Assembly (NCBI GenBank): GCA_013265495.1
Contig: MU058824.1
Span: 1,391,111-1,455,110 of the forward strand
DNA: 64,000 nt
Source: Vicugna vicugna
Taxonomy: Eukaryota
Reading direction: 5' to 3'
Shown in pieces: positions 50,440 to 64,000 of this stretch (position 1 is its first letter; the number at the start of each line of letters is the position of its first letter). Under the pieces are notes generated by a model. The model was given only the letters and a program-made list of their open reading frames with translations, had not been told where the DNA came from and ran no database searches. The translations under genes and the position numbers were made by a program.

Positions 50440-51490
50440 GGTGTGGCAGAAACTGCTGGAGGTCAGCTATTATTCAATCTCCTCTTTCTCCCTAACAAGA
50501 GAGACTCTTTTTTTCAATTTGTTTGTTTCTCTGGGCCCATGGTCTTCCTAAATAAAGACTAGATTTCCCAGCATCCCTTGCAGCTAGTCATGGCCACGTG
50601 ACTAAGTGTGCCACTGATGGGCTATAAGTGGCAGTGTCATGTGGGGCTTCGGAGTAATGTCTTTAAAGGAAACTTCCTTACCTTTTCTTCTTCTTGCTGG
50701 CTGGACTGTGGCTATGAAGTCTGGAGCTCAAGCAACCACCTCGGGTCATGCACTGAGGATGGTGAAATAACATGGCAGAAGGAGCCCAATTCCCTACCCT
50801 GGGGACACTGAACCAGTCCTGATGGCCTCCTTCTAGGCTTCATTTATGCGAGAGAGAAATGAACTTCTGTCTTGTTTAAGCCACTGTTCCTATGGATTTT
50901 CTGTCCTATGCAGTCAAGTCTAATTAATCCTCAGTGACATAGAGGATTAATTGTAAGAGAATGCTCCCCAATCTGACTCTGAAAGCATGGTGATTTTAAA
51001 ACCAGGCTGCAAATTCTTTGATACTCCCTCCCCTTGAATCGAGGTAGACTTAAACTGCTTCAGCCAACAGAATATGGTAGAAGTGAAGCTCTATGACTTC
51101 TCAGGCTGCATATAAAAGACCATGAAGCTTTTACCTTGTTCATGGGATCACTGCTCTTGGAGCCTTGAGCTTCCAGGGAAGAAATCCAACTATCCTGATG
51201 CCATCAAGCTGGAGAGGCCACAGGTAGACAGTCAACAGTGCCAGCTGTGCCCAACCTTCAGCCAGCCCAGACAGCCCAGGCATCAGACAGGTGAGTGAAG
51301 TCATCTTGGAAGTGGCTCCTCCCAAGCCATTGTCATCTCAGCTGTGGCCCTAGGCACTACGGAACAGAGAGGAGAGGTGCCCTCTTCAAATTCCCAACCC
51401 ACAGGATCCATCAACATAATAAGATGGCTGTTGTTTTACACTGTGAAGCTTTGGGATGGTTTGTAACTCAGCAATAGATAACTGGAACAA
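50440..51490 (+). mobile_element. Two MLT1-type MaLR LTRs
   Basis: 3' ends gaaatgaacttctgtcttgtttaagccactg and ggtttgtaactcagcaatagataactggaaca. Confidence 0.7.
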
Positions 51491-51590
51491 ATGGATGATT
51501 TTAATCAACATATTTCAACAGGAAATATTTACTGAGCATCTACTATGTGCTGGGCACCATGCTAGGGACTAGGCACACACAATGAGCGTG

Positions 51591-52257
51591 TGTCAATGAT
51601 AAACAAACGTGGGTACTAAGTATAAGTGATAAGGATTGGTTTGAATCAGTAACATACTATTGCTATAGGGAAGAGGGTCCAGCATGAACTGATTCAACTT
51701 TGATTTGCACAGAAGTGACTGGAATTCTAAGCAGAGTCGAGGAAGTGAAAAATTACGAAGGATTGGTGAGCATAAATGCTGACAAGCCCAGCCACCTCTG
51801 TTGGCTGGCAACCATCGAAGTTAGGATTCCATCCTCTCACTGAGACATGCCCTATCCTTCCTGATGACTACATTTTAAAGGAATGGCTTTCAGGTCCTTG
51901 AGAAAGACACTCCTGAACTATAGGAGATACATATACATCTCAAAGGGTCAGAGGAAGGATTCAGAATTGTAAGCCCTTTGTAATAAATGCTCTAAGAAGG
52001 GTGGTCAGGGGCCTCTGGTTAGGTATTGGACAGAACAAACAGTAAATTCTTTGGGTAGCCTGAGCTTTCTCCGGCAGGCACTCAAGGGGGGCCTAGGGTC
52101 ATAGTCTTAGAAACTATGTTAGTGTTTAAGTCTTTTAATATGAGGGGAGGTTGGTGGATGAGATCATTGTGTTTTTATAGGTCAAGGTTGGGCCCTGGTC
52201 AAGAGGAGGGTTCAGAGGAACCTGTCTAGAGCTTGGCCAAGGAGAGAATCTTTGTCA
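51591..52257. mobile_element. ERV-type solo LTR inserted into an L2 fragment
   Basis: Bounded by TG...CA (tgtcaatg...tttgtca); L2-like sequence before (aaatatttactgagcatctactatgtgctggg) resumes after it. Confidence 0.55.
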
Positions 52258-54119
52258 TAAGACAGATATTTTTGACATCATGGTGCTAAAAGTGTAGTGG
52301 AATGGACAGATAATAAAAAGATAACTTATTAGAATTGTGATAAGTATTTTCAAGAAGAATTGCAGGGAACTAAAGGGGCTTATCCTAGTAGAACCTGGTC
52401 TAGTTTAGGGGTTTAGGAAGGCTTCTCTGAGGAAGTAATGTTTACACGGATACCTGAATGTTTAAGTGATATCAGAGATCATATTTTAGGTTAATCTGCT
52501 ACTCCCTCTGCTGGTACCCAGCTCGGGGAAATGAAGTTTTGTATCTCCTATAGAAAGATAGAGTGTGTAAACTGGGAAGCTAGTCCAAAGCTTTTTATCA
52601 AATATTCTCTATTCTCGAGTGGACCACAGACAAAAAGTTAAGAAGCCTAAGTCTAATCTCATTCTCTCATTTTACAGATGGGGAGCCTGAGGCGGAGTGG
52701 GGAGAAGGTCTCTAACAAGTTGGTGGCTCAGGCAGAGAGAGTTAGGATCTCATTTGCCATCTGTTTGGATTCATAGCTTCTGGTTTCTAGTCTCTCTGGA
52801 GGAAATGGGCCTTCCATGAGCATCTCCCCTGGGGCTCCAGGAGCGGGACAAGGTTTGGGGTGAACCATGCAAAGCAGCTCCTATCCAGAACAAACTGCTG
52901 CTGATACCAGACTAGTGGGAGGTGACTCCACCCACAGAACAGAGTCTGCTGGCTGGTGCTGAAAGGCAGGTGTGATAGGAAAGGCTTGGAGTTGTGTCTT
53001 TTGGCCTCTGTCCAGACACCCAACACATTTAAGATCTGTGGTCAGATTAGAAAACAGACACGGATTACAATTTGGACCAGCTCACCCACTGGAATGCTTC
53101 CCGAAGGAGGCTCAGCTGCAGAGAAAAGCATGATGGAATTAGGCCTTATAAGACCTCAGTTTCAATCCCAGGTGATGGATACAAGCTGTCACTTACTGAC
53201 CACCTATATGTGCCGTAAACTGCTATGCTTTATTTTTCATGCACCATCTCATTTTACCCGCTGACAACCTTGAAAGTCAGACAGATGAGGAAACCTGGGC
53301 TTGGACAGGTGAGGTGGTTTATCCAAGGTCACACAACATGCAAGTGGCAGAACAAGGATCTGAGTCTTGGTCTCCTGCCTCCTAATTCAACAGATTTCCC
53401 ACCACATAACTCACTGCAGGCTGCTGTGGAGACCAAAAGGCAGCTTAGCTTCATGAGTAGGAGCTCAACCTTCGAGCAATGTGCCTGAGCTCAAGCCCAG
53501 CCCCCTCACAGACTGCTGTGTGGCCTCAGGCAAGTTACTGAACCTTTCTCAATTCAACGTGCTCATCTATAAAATGATAGTGATAATAATGGTGCCTGAA
53601 TAGGGTTTTTGGAAGGATTGAGTAATGTAGTCCACACAGACAGCCTCCATGGGCACAAAGCAGGATGGAGAGAGCTTCTGCAGGGGCAAGTGGAAGATGC
53701 CCAGCGCCTTGCTGCTCAAAGTGTGATCCTTACACCAGCAGCACTGGTACCACCTGGGAGCTATTAGAAATAAAATAGTTTGTTAATAGAGGTAAAGTAA
53801 CAAGAGTTACCCAGGTTAAGCATTATATAAATGTCATTAATGATGACAAGTTGGCATCCATAGAAGGCAAATCCAGCTGAGAACTTAATTCTTTTCATAC
53901 CTCTTTCCAAATTGAGTTGCTTCTCCTTTCCTTGGGCTTCTTGTTATTTTGGGGGCTTATTTGTTCTTTGACCAAACTATATCTCATCTTATCTCATCTG
54001 CTCCTCAACCAACAAATAGATTCTGTAGAAGGCATTTTTGATTTTTCATATTAGTTCCCTTCATAGGGGGTCACTACATCCCTTTTAGAACATAATATGA
54101 TTATACAGTAGATGTGTCA

Positions 54120-54946
54120 TTTCAGACATTAGAGGGGCAAACATGGCTGATTCAATCAATGTTGGGGCAACTTGATAAAAATTTGGAAAAACAAAGTTAA
54201 ATCCCAACCTCATAACTTACACCAAAATAAATTCCAAATGATCTTAAAATGTCAAAGTAAAAAAATAAAATAAAATCCAACGATGAAAGTATTAGGTGAA
54301 AAAAACCCAGAAACTTTTACAGAAAAGATTTATCAATTTGACATAAAAACTTTTAAATTCTGTAAGGCCAAAAATAATATAAACTCAAAAGACAAGTCAG
54401 AAAGACATATTTGCAGATGACATTTACCCAATATATGAATCAACAGGGAATAAACAGAAATAAAAATAGCCAAACTATTTGGATAGCTCCCCCAAAAAAG
54501 AGATATAAATGGTCTATAAATGTAGCAAAACATGCTCAACTTATCTACTTAAAATGCATACAAACTAAACATACTCCAAAATATTTCTTCACCTATCAGA
54601 TTGGCAAAGATTAAAAAGGTTATTAATTCCAGTGTTGTCTAGGATGTGAATAAACAGGCACTCTTACCTAGTTGGTAGGAATGCAAACTGATATGACCTC
54701 TTGGAAAGCAACCAGGTAACATTTATTTGAAATATTAATGTTCATATCCTTTTGACTCTGTAATTTCACATCTAAGAATTTATCTAACAGAAATAGATTC
54801 ATAAGTGCTCAAGAGATAAGCTTACAGGAAGCTTATCATAGTACTGTATACAAAAGCAAAAAGTTGGAAACAACTCAAATATCCATTAATAGGAGATTAT
54901 AAAGTAAGTACTGCACATTCATATACTACTATACCACAGTGTCGTT
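54120..54946 (+). mobile_element. Old L1 (L1ME-like) hosting the younger L1; continues at ~57079-57240
   Basis: Degenerate ORF2 3' and 3'UTR motifs (tacaccaaaataaattccaaatg; cacctatcagattggcaaagattaaaaag). Confidence 0.7.
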
Positions 54947-54962
54947 AACAAGGATGACATTA

Positions 54963-57062
54963 GCCACAGCAATCAGGCAAGAGAGAGAAGTAAAAGGGAT
55001 CCAAATTGGAAAAGAAGAGGCAAAAGTGACACTGTATGCTGATGACATGTTACTATATATAGAAAACCCTAAAAGGTCCACACAAAAACTACTAGAGCTG
55101 ATCGAAGAATTCAGCAAGGTAGCAGGTTACTAGATTAACATTCAAAAATCAGTTGCAATTCTTTACACTAACGATGAATCAACAGAAAAGGAAAGTAAAG
55201 AAACAATTCCCTTTAAAATAGCACCCAAAGTAATAAAATACCTAGGAATAAACCTAACCAAGGAGGTGAAAGACTTATACACAGAAAACTATAAACCATT
55301 GATGAAGAAAATTAAAGAAGGCTTTAAAAAAATGGAAAGATATCCCATGCTCCTGGATTGGCAGAATCAATATTGTTAAAATGGTCACACTGCCCAAGGC
55401 AATCTACAGATTTAATGCAATCCCTATCCAATTACCCAGGACATATTTCACAGAACTAGAACAAATCATAATAAAATTTATATGGAACCATCAAAGACCT
55501 AGAATTGCCAAAGCATTACTGAAGAGAAAGAAAGAGGCTGGAGGAATAACTCTCCCAGACTTCAGACAATACTATAGAGCATGGTATTGGTACAAAAACA
55601 GAGATACAGACCAATGGAACACAATAGAGAGCCCAGAAATGAACCCACAAACTTTTGGTCAACTCATCTTCGACAAAGGAGGCAAGAATATACAATGGAA
55701 TAAAGACAGTCTCTTCAGCAAATGGTGTTGGGAAAACTGGACAGCAGCATGTAAAGCAATGAAGCTAGAACACTCCCTTACACCATACACAAAAATAAAC
55801 TCAAAATGGATCAAAGACTTAAACATAAGACAAGATACAATAAACCTCCTAGAGGAAAATATAGGCAAAACATTATCTCACATACATGCATCTCAAAAAT
55901 GTTCTCCTAGGGCAGTCTACCCAAGCAATAGAAATAAAAGCAAGAATAAACAAATGGGACCTAATTAAACTTATAAGCTTCTGCACAGCAAAGGCAACCA
56001 TAAGTAAAACAAAACGACAGCCTACAGAATGGGAGAAAATTTTTGCAAACGATGAAACCGACGAAGGCTTGATCTCCAGAATATACAAGCAGCTCATACG
56101 ACTTAATAAGAAAGAAACAAAAATCCCAATCCAAAAATGGGCAGAAGACCTAAACAAGCAATTCTCCAAGGAAGAAATACAAATGATCAATAGGCACATG
56201 AAAAAATGCTCAATATCACTAATTATCAGAGAAACGCAAATCAAAACTACGATGAGGTATCACCTCACACCAGTCAGAATGGCCATCATTCAAAAGTCCA
56301 CAAATGTCAAATGCTGGGGAGGCTGTGGAGAAAAGGGAATCCTCTTGCACTGCTGGTGGGAATGCAGTTTGGTGCAGCCACTGTGGAAAACAGTATGGAG
56401 ATTCCTCAAAAGACTAGGAATAGACTTACCATATGACCCAGTAATCCCACTCCTGGGCATATATCCAGAAGGAANNNNNNNNNNNNNNNNNNNNNNNNNN
56501 NNNNNNNNNNNNNNNNNNNNNNNNNNNNNNNNNNNNNNNNNNNNNNNNNNNNNNNNNNNNNNNNNNNNNNNNNNNNNNNNNNNNNNNNNNNNNNNNNNNN
56601 NNNNNNNNNNNNNNNNNNNNNNNNNNNNNNNNNNNNNNNNNNNNNNNNNNNNNNNNNNNNNNNNNNNNNNNNNNNNNNNNNNNNNNNNNNNNNNNNNNNN
56701 NNNNNNAAAATACCATATTGCTCATATGTGGAATTAAAAAAAAAGAGAAAATATAAATACAAAACAGAAACAGACTCATAGACATAGAATACAAACTTGT
56801 GGTTGCCAAGGGGGTAGGGGGAGGTAAGGGACAGACTGGGATTTCAAATTTTGTAGACACTGACAGGCATATGTAGAATAAACAAGATTATACTGTATAG
56901 CACAGGGAAATACATACAAGATCTAGTGGTAGCTCACAGTGAAAAAAAATATGACAATGAGTATATGTATGTTCATATTTAACTGAAAAATTGTGCTCTA
57001 TACTGGAATTTGACACAGCATTGTAAAATGACTATAACTCAATTTAAAAGTGTTTTTAAAAA
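54963..57062 (+). mobile_element. Relatively young 5'-truncated LINE-1 (3' part of ORF2 plus 3'UTR), inactivated
   Basis: ORF2 RT peptide LYADDM, typical L1 peptides ([19 protein letters not shown]) and the Cys-rich C-terminus (HCWWEC); in-frame TAG at 55131-55133 and frameshifts; perfect 16-bp TSD aacaaggatgacatta at 54947-54962 and 57063-57078. Confidence 0.95.
56475..56706. other. Assembly gap (232 N) inside the younger L1
   Basis: Run of N. Confidence 0.99.
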
Positions 57063-57907
57063 AACAAGGATGACATTAATTCTAGATGCTTAACAAACAA
57101 ATGTGCTTAAGATGTATCGTTAAGTCAGAAAAAGCACCTTGTAGATCTGTATGGATAGTATGATCCTCTTTTGGTAAAATATGTTAATATATGCAAAAGA
57201 AAAAGCTTTAAAGAAATAGTCATCAAACCATTAACTGTATTTCATTTATTTCTGATGAGTGAAACTCCTTGGCCCTTCCGTTTTCGTCAAATTTAGTCCT
57301 TTTTTTCAACAAATATTTATTGATCACCTACTGCTTGAAAGTCAGTGTACTAGATTCTAGGGATATGATGGTAAATACTCAGAGCCATTGATCTCAAGGA
57401 GCTTGCATCCCATATTTCTACAACATTGGAACTCTTTACAACAAACATTATTATCTTACTAGGAAAAAGAAGTTAGACACTTTAAGGTAAACACATACTC
57501 TTCAGAGATTATTTTATTTCCACGCCCTCCTTACCTCCTTTCCAATTCACTGCACTAGTCTCTGGTCCCCTCCCTCCCTGTTCTCTCTTCCAGTCTGTCT
57601 CTTCTCTTTTCCTGCAACCACCCAGATCACACCCAGTGTTTCTGCCCAACTTGTGGCCACACTTGTGGCCCCTGAAGCTGTCAATGACACCCCCAAACTC
57701 TGACACCTTCTTCTGAATCGATGACAAAAGCTCACAGACCACCCTGCTCTGCAATCATGTGGGATTCCCTGGGGGTCAGGGGCTGTGTCCCTATCATCCA
57801 ACACACATAACGTCTGGCATACAGAAGGCACTCAATTAACGTTGGTTGAACAGGGATTGTGTTGGTGATGGAAGTGCACTGCTCAGATCACCTTTCAAGA
57901 TAACCCC

Positions 57908-60115
57908 CTGTGGGGAGAACAGTTGACCGGGAGCCTAGCTACTACATCTTTGGATCCTCTGTACTATTCTTGTTGAGACTATACTTCCTTCCTCTGGTTT
58001 CTCCCAGTCAGGGACCAAAATCCACCCATTTCTGCCTGATGCAGGAAAATTTAGCAGAATCCCTTTGCCTGAGGACTCCCCGTCAGCCGGGCCAAGACAT
58101 TCCCAGAACGACAAGGCAGTCTGAAGCTCTTCCTACTCAAGCCTCCTCCCTTCCTACTCTATTTTCCCAGTTGTCAGACCTCCATCTGGGTCTGAAGGCT
58201 CGCCTTCCCCTTTCCTCCTCCTTCCTCCCTTATCCTATACAAGCATTTCTCCCAGAAAAAAACCATTGTGGCATTTGATTCTCAGAGGACCCAAACCAAC
58301 ACAGGGATCAGTGAAAAAACACTGGAAAAGAGTTCATAAATAAGACTGTAGATTCTCTTGCAGAAGGGATTTACATACCAAGATGTGCTGGGTCCATTTC
58401 TCAAAACCTCTGTGCACACAAATCAACTGGGGATGGTGTTGAAATGCAGATTCTGGTTCAATAGGTCTAGGGTGGACCCAAGTTGCTATATTTCTAAGAA
58501 GCTCCCAGAAGGTACTGATGCTGCTGACCAAGGACCACGGTTTGAGCAGCAAGGTGCTGGAATCTTTATTTGCCCCGCTGAGTCTCTCTCCTCCCTGCTC
58601 CGAATGCTGGGAGGCTGACTGTGAGGATGATCACATCAGCAGGCTCTGAACTCTGGCTAACAGTTGGGTTTGGCCAAAGAGGAGCAGTGGCAGGAGATCA
58701 GAGGGCCAGAGGAGGACGAGGTCAGAGGTTTTTATTCCTCTGGGGATTACTCCCTACTGGGTTGCCTGGGGTTGGCTGTGTCCCTCTATCAAGCTCCATT
58801 AACTCTTCTCAGGTAGATCGTTCCAGTTTTCTCTCTTGCTAAATTCCAGTAACTGCTCTCTCCCTTTCTCATTCGGGCCTGGGGTGGTAATGGCTCCCTA
58901 CTGTTACTAGCCTCTGAGAACTGCATCATGCCTTGTGGCTCTTAGTAAATCCTGCCCACATGTCTGTATTTAGTCCTTTAGTAAACATTCCTCCTTTCCT
59001 CAGCCAAGTGTGCCATCTGTTTCCTGCTGGGACCCTGACTGCTACAAGCAGGATTTTTTTATAATAGCACAAAACTGGAAACAAGCTAATTGTGCATCAT
59101 TTTGAAATGATTAAATAAATTATGGTACATCTGCTTAATGGTGTTACATGCAACCATTAAAAAGGATGCAGTGGATCTATATCCACCTACGTGGAAAGAT
59201 ACCCAAGGGGGTATCTGAAGGGGATGGGGGCGTGGATATTCAGAATAGCATGCATAGTAGGAAACCATTCATTTAAAAAGTAAAATATGCATTGTTAAGG
59301 TTTGGATTGCAAGTGACAATCCTGCTCAAAACAAATCTAACCAAAAATAATGGGAGAGGATTCTCATCCCATCTCTTTCTATCACATGTCTCTGCTTTTC
59401 TGTGTGGTGGTTTCACTCTCAGGCAGGCTGTCTTCTAATGGGAACAGAGTGAGCCTGGCTTATGACATCCTAACAGCCAACAACTTCAGCAAAGAAGGCC
59501 TCCTTCCCATTTGTTTTAGCAAAAAATCCTGGGCTGAAGCATTTGGAATGGGCTTGGACAGGCGCTAATCACTGAACACAAGAGCTGAAAGTTGGGGGGG
59601 AGGCTCCCCAGAAGAAAGAGGTGTCTCTTTCCCGAGTAGGAGAGGCAGGGCCAGTTTAAGCAATAGAGATCCACTCTAGAGGGACTATTTGTAGTAGACA
59701 TTTGTTATCCTTTTTGGCTGCCCAACATCAGAACTCCCTTCCTCTCTTGGAGAGTCTTCTCCATCCGGGGCACCCACACTGGAGCCTACTTCCCACGTTA
59801 CATGCTGAAAATGCCAGAAATGCACTTTCCCAGCCTCCCTTTCTGCCAGGCCAAACTTTTGACCTGGCCAGGCCATTCAGATGTTCCCACCTCAGGCTCT
59901 GACTCTGAAGCTAAAAGGGCTCCATCCTGTTATAGTGTGCAGCCTGGCATGATTTGGGACATTGTTCCTGGTTGTGGGGCCTCCAGGGCTGGTTCTCTTC
60001 CCCTTGTGAGGTCTGTGAACTATAAAAAACAAACAAACAAACTTGTATTAAATCTTTCTGCTTAAATAATGCAGAGGGTTCATTTCTGCTGCTTGCAATC
60101 CAGAAGCTTGATTAA
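57908..60115. mobile_element. Cluster of ERVL/MaLR LTR fragments, a MER5A-like MITE (58390-58555) and old L1 pieces
   Basis: LTR ends ctcagaggacccaaaccaacaca and ctgtttcctgctgggaccctgactgctaca; MER5A-like gaaatgcagattctgg...gatgctgctgaccaaggaccacggtttgagcagca. Confidence 0.55.
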
Positions 60116-60479
60116 TGCCTATGTGTAGGTGTGCATGTTTGAATACTTATGAAATGTTTTTGGAAGGATAAAATAAATGCGAATCTAAGTTACCTACGGG
60201 AAGGAGGACTAGGAAAGTGGGGAAGGAGGGAAAAGAACTTTTGCTTTCACTTTATGCACTTTTATACTGTTGGAATTTGTTTTGTTTTTACCATGTACAT
60301 TACTTTTACAATGAAATAACAAGTTAGTAAAATGTAAGACACCTGAATAAATAGAATAAGACAAGGAAGCAATTGCACAGGATTTTCAAGGGAACAATTC
60401 TTCATTAGACATTCAAAACCAAGTCATTCTCACCTCTACTGTGGTGAATGGGGCCAAATCTGGAAATGAGGGACAGTGT

Positions 60480-60957
60480 CAGGTACATGTGGTTTTATTG
60501 TGTTTTCCTTTATTGTGCTTCCCAGATATGTTGTCTTTTATAGACTAAAGGTTTTTGGCAATCCTGTTCGAGCAAGTCTATCAGCACCATTTTCCAACAG
60601 CATTTGGCCACTTTGTGTCTCTGCATCTCATTTTGATAACTCTTGCAACATTTCAAACTTTTTCATTATTATTATATCTGTTATGGTGATCTGTGATCAA
60701 TGACCTTTGATGTTACTATTGCAGAAAGATTATGACTTGCTGACGGCTTAGATGATGGCTAGCATTTTCAGCAATAAAGTATTTTTAAATCAATGTATGT
60801 ACGTATTTTTTAGACATGCACTATTGCACACTTAATAGATTATAGTATAGTATAAACATAACACTTACATGCACTGGGAAACCCAAAAAATATCTATGTG
60901 ATTTACTTTATTGTGGTGGTATGGAACTGAACCTGAAATATCTCCAAGGTATGCCTG
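60480..60957 (+). mobile_element. Tigger1 internal-deletion derivative (Tigger1a-type MITE)
   Basis: Termini caggtacat... and ...atctccaaggtatgcctg; Tigger1 left end joined to right end at gatgttactattg|cagaaagattatgact. Confidence 0.8.
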
Positions 60958-61429
60958 TTCCAGTTTCAACATGGCCTAAGGGATTACTCTATCCCTGTAA
61001 CTCACCTGCTCAAATGCTTTCCATGACTCTCCATTACTCACAGAATAAACAGAATAAATCCCTGGCACTGAATCATTTTGCAGTCTGAGCCCTGTGTACT
61101 TTAGAGACTTTTCCTCATCTTTACATTTCGCCTAGAAGACCTTTTCTTCCAGCCCTGCTGGCCCAGATCCCAAGGGCATTACCATCATCTTGGGTCTGTC
61201 AAAGTCATGACTCTTATTCCTTCCTCACCCACTCATCAAATTCTGTTCTGTATTATAATCCTGCACATGAGACTTAGTCATTTAATAGTCATGTACAGAA
61301 CACCTACCGTTATGTCTAGCTTCTTGCTAGGCTTTGGGGCCACAGCTGACAGTCTATGGAAACCAAATACTCTAGATCAGAATGTTAATATCTATTATCA
61401 TGATGAGCATGTGGTGTAAGCTATTTGCT

Positions 61430-61815
61430 GGCAGGGCTGCTCTGGTTAGAATCCTTCTCTTTCCCTCTGCCTAGATTGCACTCTCTCCAAATGTCAGCAT
61501 GACTCGATTGCTCAATTCCTTCAGGTCTCTGTGCAAATGTTACACTTTCAGTGACACCTTCTCCACCCAACCTATTATAAAATAACACACCATCCCCTGT
61601 CCCATTTACTTGGATTTATGCTATGTTCTATTTATTATCTTAATAACACTCATCACCATCTGACATACAAGTTACTTACTTGTTTGCATATTTACAGCCT
61701 GTCTCTTCCCCACTGTCAGGCCCAGGAAGGCAGGGATTTTATTTTGTTCCCTGCAGCTTCTCCAGCACCTAGAGTAATGCCTGGCACACAGTAGGCACTC
61801 AGTAAATATCTGTTC
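61430..61815 (+). mobile_element. L2 LINE 3' end
   Basis: ggcagggattttattttgttccctgcagc...gcctggcacacagtaggcactcagtaaatatctgtt. Confidence 0.8.
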
Positions 61816-62004
61816 AGAAGAGAAAGAGAACTGGACTGGATGTCAGAACACCCAGTTCCTAGTCAAAGCTCTCCTGCTGTTTAGTCATGTGGCCTTTAGC
61901 AAGCTTCAGTTGCCTTCTCTGTAAATTGGGGGTGATCGTTTGAGGGGTAATCGTATGGGGATGATCAGCTTTCCCATAGCTGACAGTACTGCTGTAAAAG
62001 ATCA

Positions 62005-62175
62005 GAGTGGGTCCCAAACTTTAGCACGCCTCAGAATCACCTGAAGGGCTTGTTAAAATATGGATGGCTAGTCTCCACACTCGGTTTCGGTTTCGGAGAT
62101 CCAGGTCTGCGGTGGGATGAGAAAATTTGCATTTGTAAAATGTCCCAGATGGTGCTGCTTCAAGAACCACTGGTG
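62005..62175 (+). mobile_element. MER5A-like MITE
   Basis: cagaatcacctgaagggcttgttaaaatatggatggct...tttgcatttgtaaaatgtcccagatggtgctgc. Confidence 0.7.
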
Positions 62176-62410
62176 AAGAGAGATGAAAGTACAAAAGTTA
62201 CTTGTAGCCCTAACGCACATCCCAAGTAAGGACGGCACTGACGGCCCCGCAGGACATTTCTGCGTGGACAGAGTAGACCTATTCGTTCCTTAATTCAGTC
62301 AAGGACTATTTAGGAAGCGCCGAGTAAGTGCCGGGCGCTGGGGTTATCAGCGGCGCAAGCCACAGGCCAGGCCCCTGAGGCGGTGGGCTCAGACCCCGGC
62401 CCAGTGGTAG

Positions 62411-63355
<945 letters not shown>

Positions 63356-64000
63356 TAAAGAGTGAAGGACTGGTTAAGAGAGAGTTGGAATGGTAAACTT
63401 TGAGCAGCTTGGCATATGACGAGACGTGGACGCGCTTTTTAATAACGTAAAATTAGAATCTTAGAAACATTGTACTTTCAAAACAGAATCTGGGAACTGC
63501 AGATAGAATCGTAGAGACTCAGAACCTTAAAGATGTTCATTCATTCCTTCTTGCGATAAAGGTTTCCAAAGAACCTATCTGCCCACCCTAGCTTGACGTC
63601 CAGAATGCTTCGAGACCCACTGGAGCAGCTCATATGCCACTGAGCAGGCCAGGCAAAGGAACAGGCTTGACTGGGAAAGTTCGGGGAGCTCTGGGAGTAG
63701 CAGACTCAGTTTCGGGAGGTGGTGGAAGGTTTCTGGTAAGGATGATGTGTATATTCAAGTGAAGACCCGAGGATGCCTAAGAGTTGACCAGGACAGAGGA
63801 AGCGGAAGGTGGGAAGGGGGTGATAGGAGGCCCATGCAAAGGTTGGCAGCCAAAGTGAAACAGGCAGGGGTTGGATTGCTAGAACAATGTTATGGCTGGG
63901 AGGGGTTGGGAGTATTGGGAGATGAGCCCTCTCTAGAAAGAGGAAGATGCCTGGTGGCAAGCTGAGAAAGGTGAGCTATCCTAAGGGCACTGGGGAGTAA

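Noticed and set aside
54939..56737. Reverse transcriptase ORFs as a retron-like or otherwise novel RT system
   Set aside because: Standard L1 ORF2 fragments, 5'-truncated and disrupted by a stop and frameshifts, with an L1 3'UTR and TSD

Overview
Mammalian genomic DNA, not prokaryotic. The repeat content suggests an artiodactyl, most likely a camelid (inference). The window holds a complete, intact 10-coding-exon GALNT12 gene (polypeptide N-acetylgalactosaminyltransferase 12) on the minus strand: CDS 48197->14322, 1740 nt spliced, 579 aa, all introns GT-AG. It lies head-to-head with the first coding exon of ANKS6 on the plus strand (ATG 62783, donor after 63235), the same neighbourhood as human 9q22.33. 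The rest is intronic or intergenic sequence dense in old repeats (MIR, L2, L3, old L1, MaLR/ERV LTRs, MER5/MER33/MER82/Tigger1/ORSL-like DNA transposons), plus one younger 5'-truncated L1 with a perfect 16-bp TSD and two N gaps. Main observations: (1) a ~750-bp diverged direct duplication shared between GALNT12 intron 2 and the region just past its 3' end; (2) a 91-bp tandem duplication that frameshifts ANKS6 exon 1, probably an assembly artefact; (3) a ~310-bp L1 5'UTR-3'UTR fusion element; (4) a doubled 30-bp motif in the ANKS6 promoter; (5) a competing +4 splice donor at GALNT12 exon 3. I found no evidence of a novel multi-gene system, and almost all ORFs in the track are spurious. Repeat family names are from my recall of consensus sequences, not from a database search.
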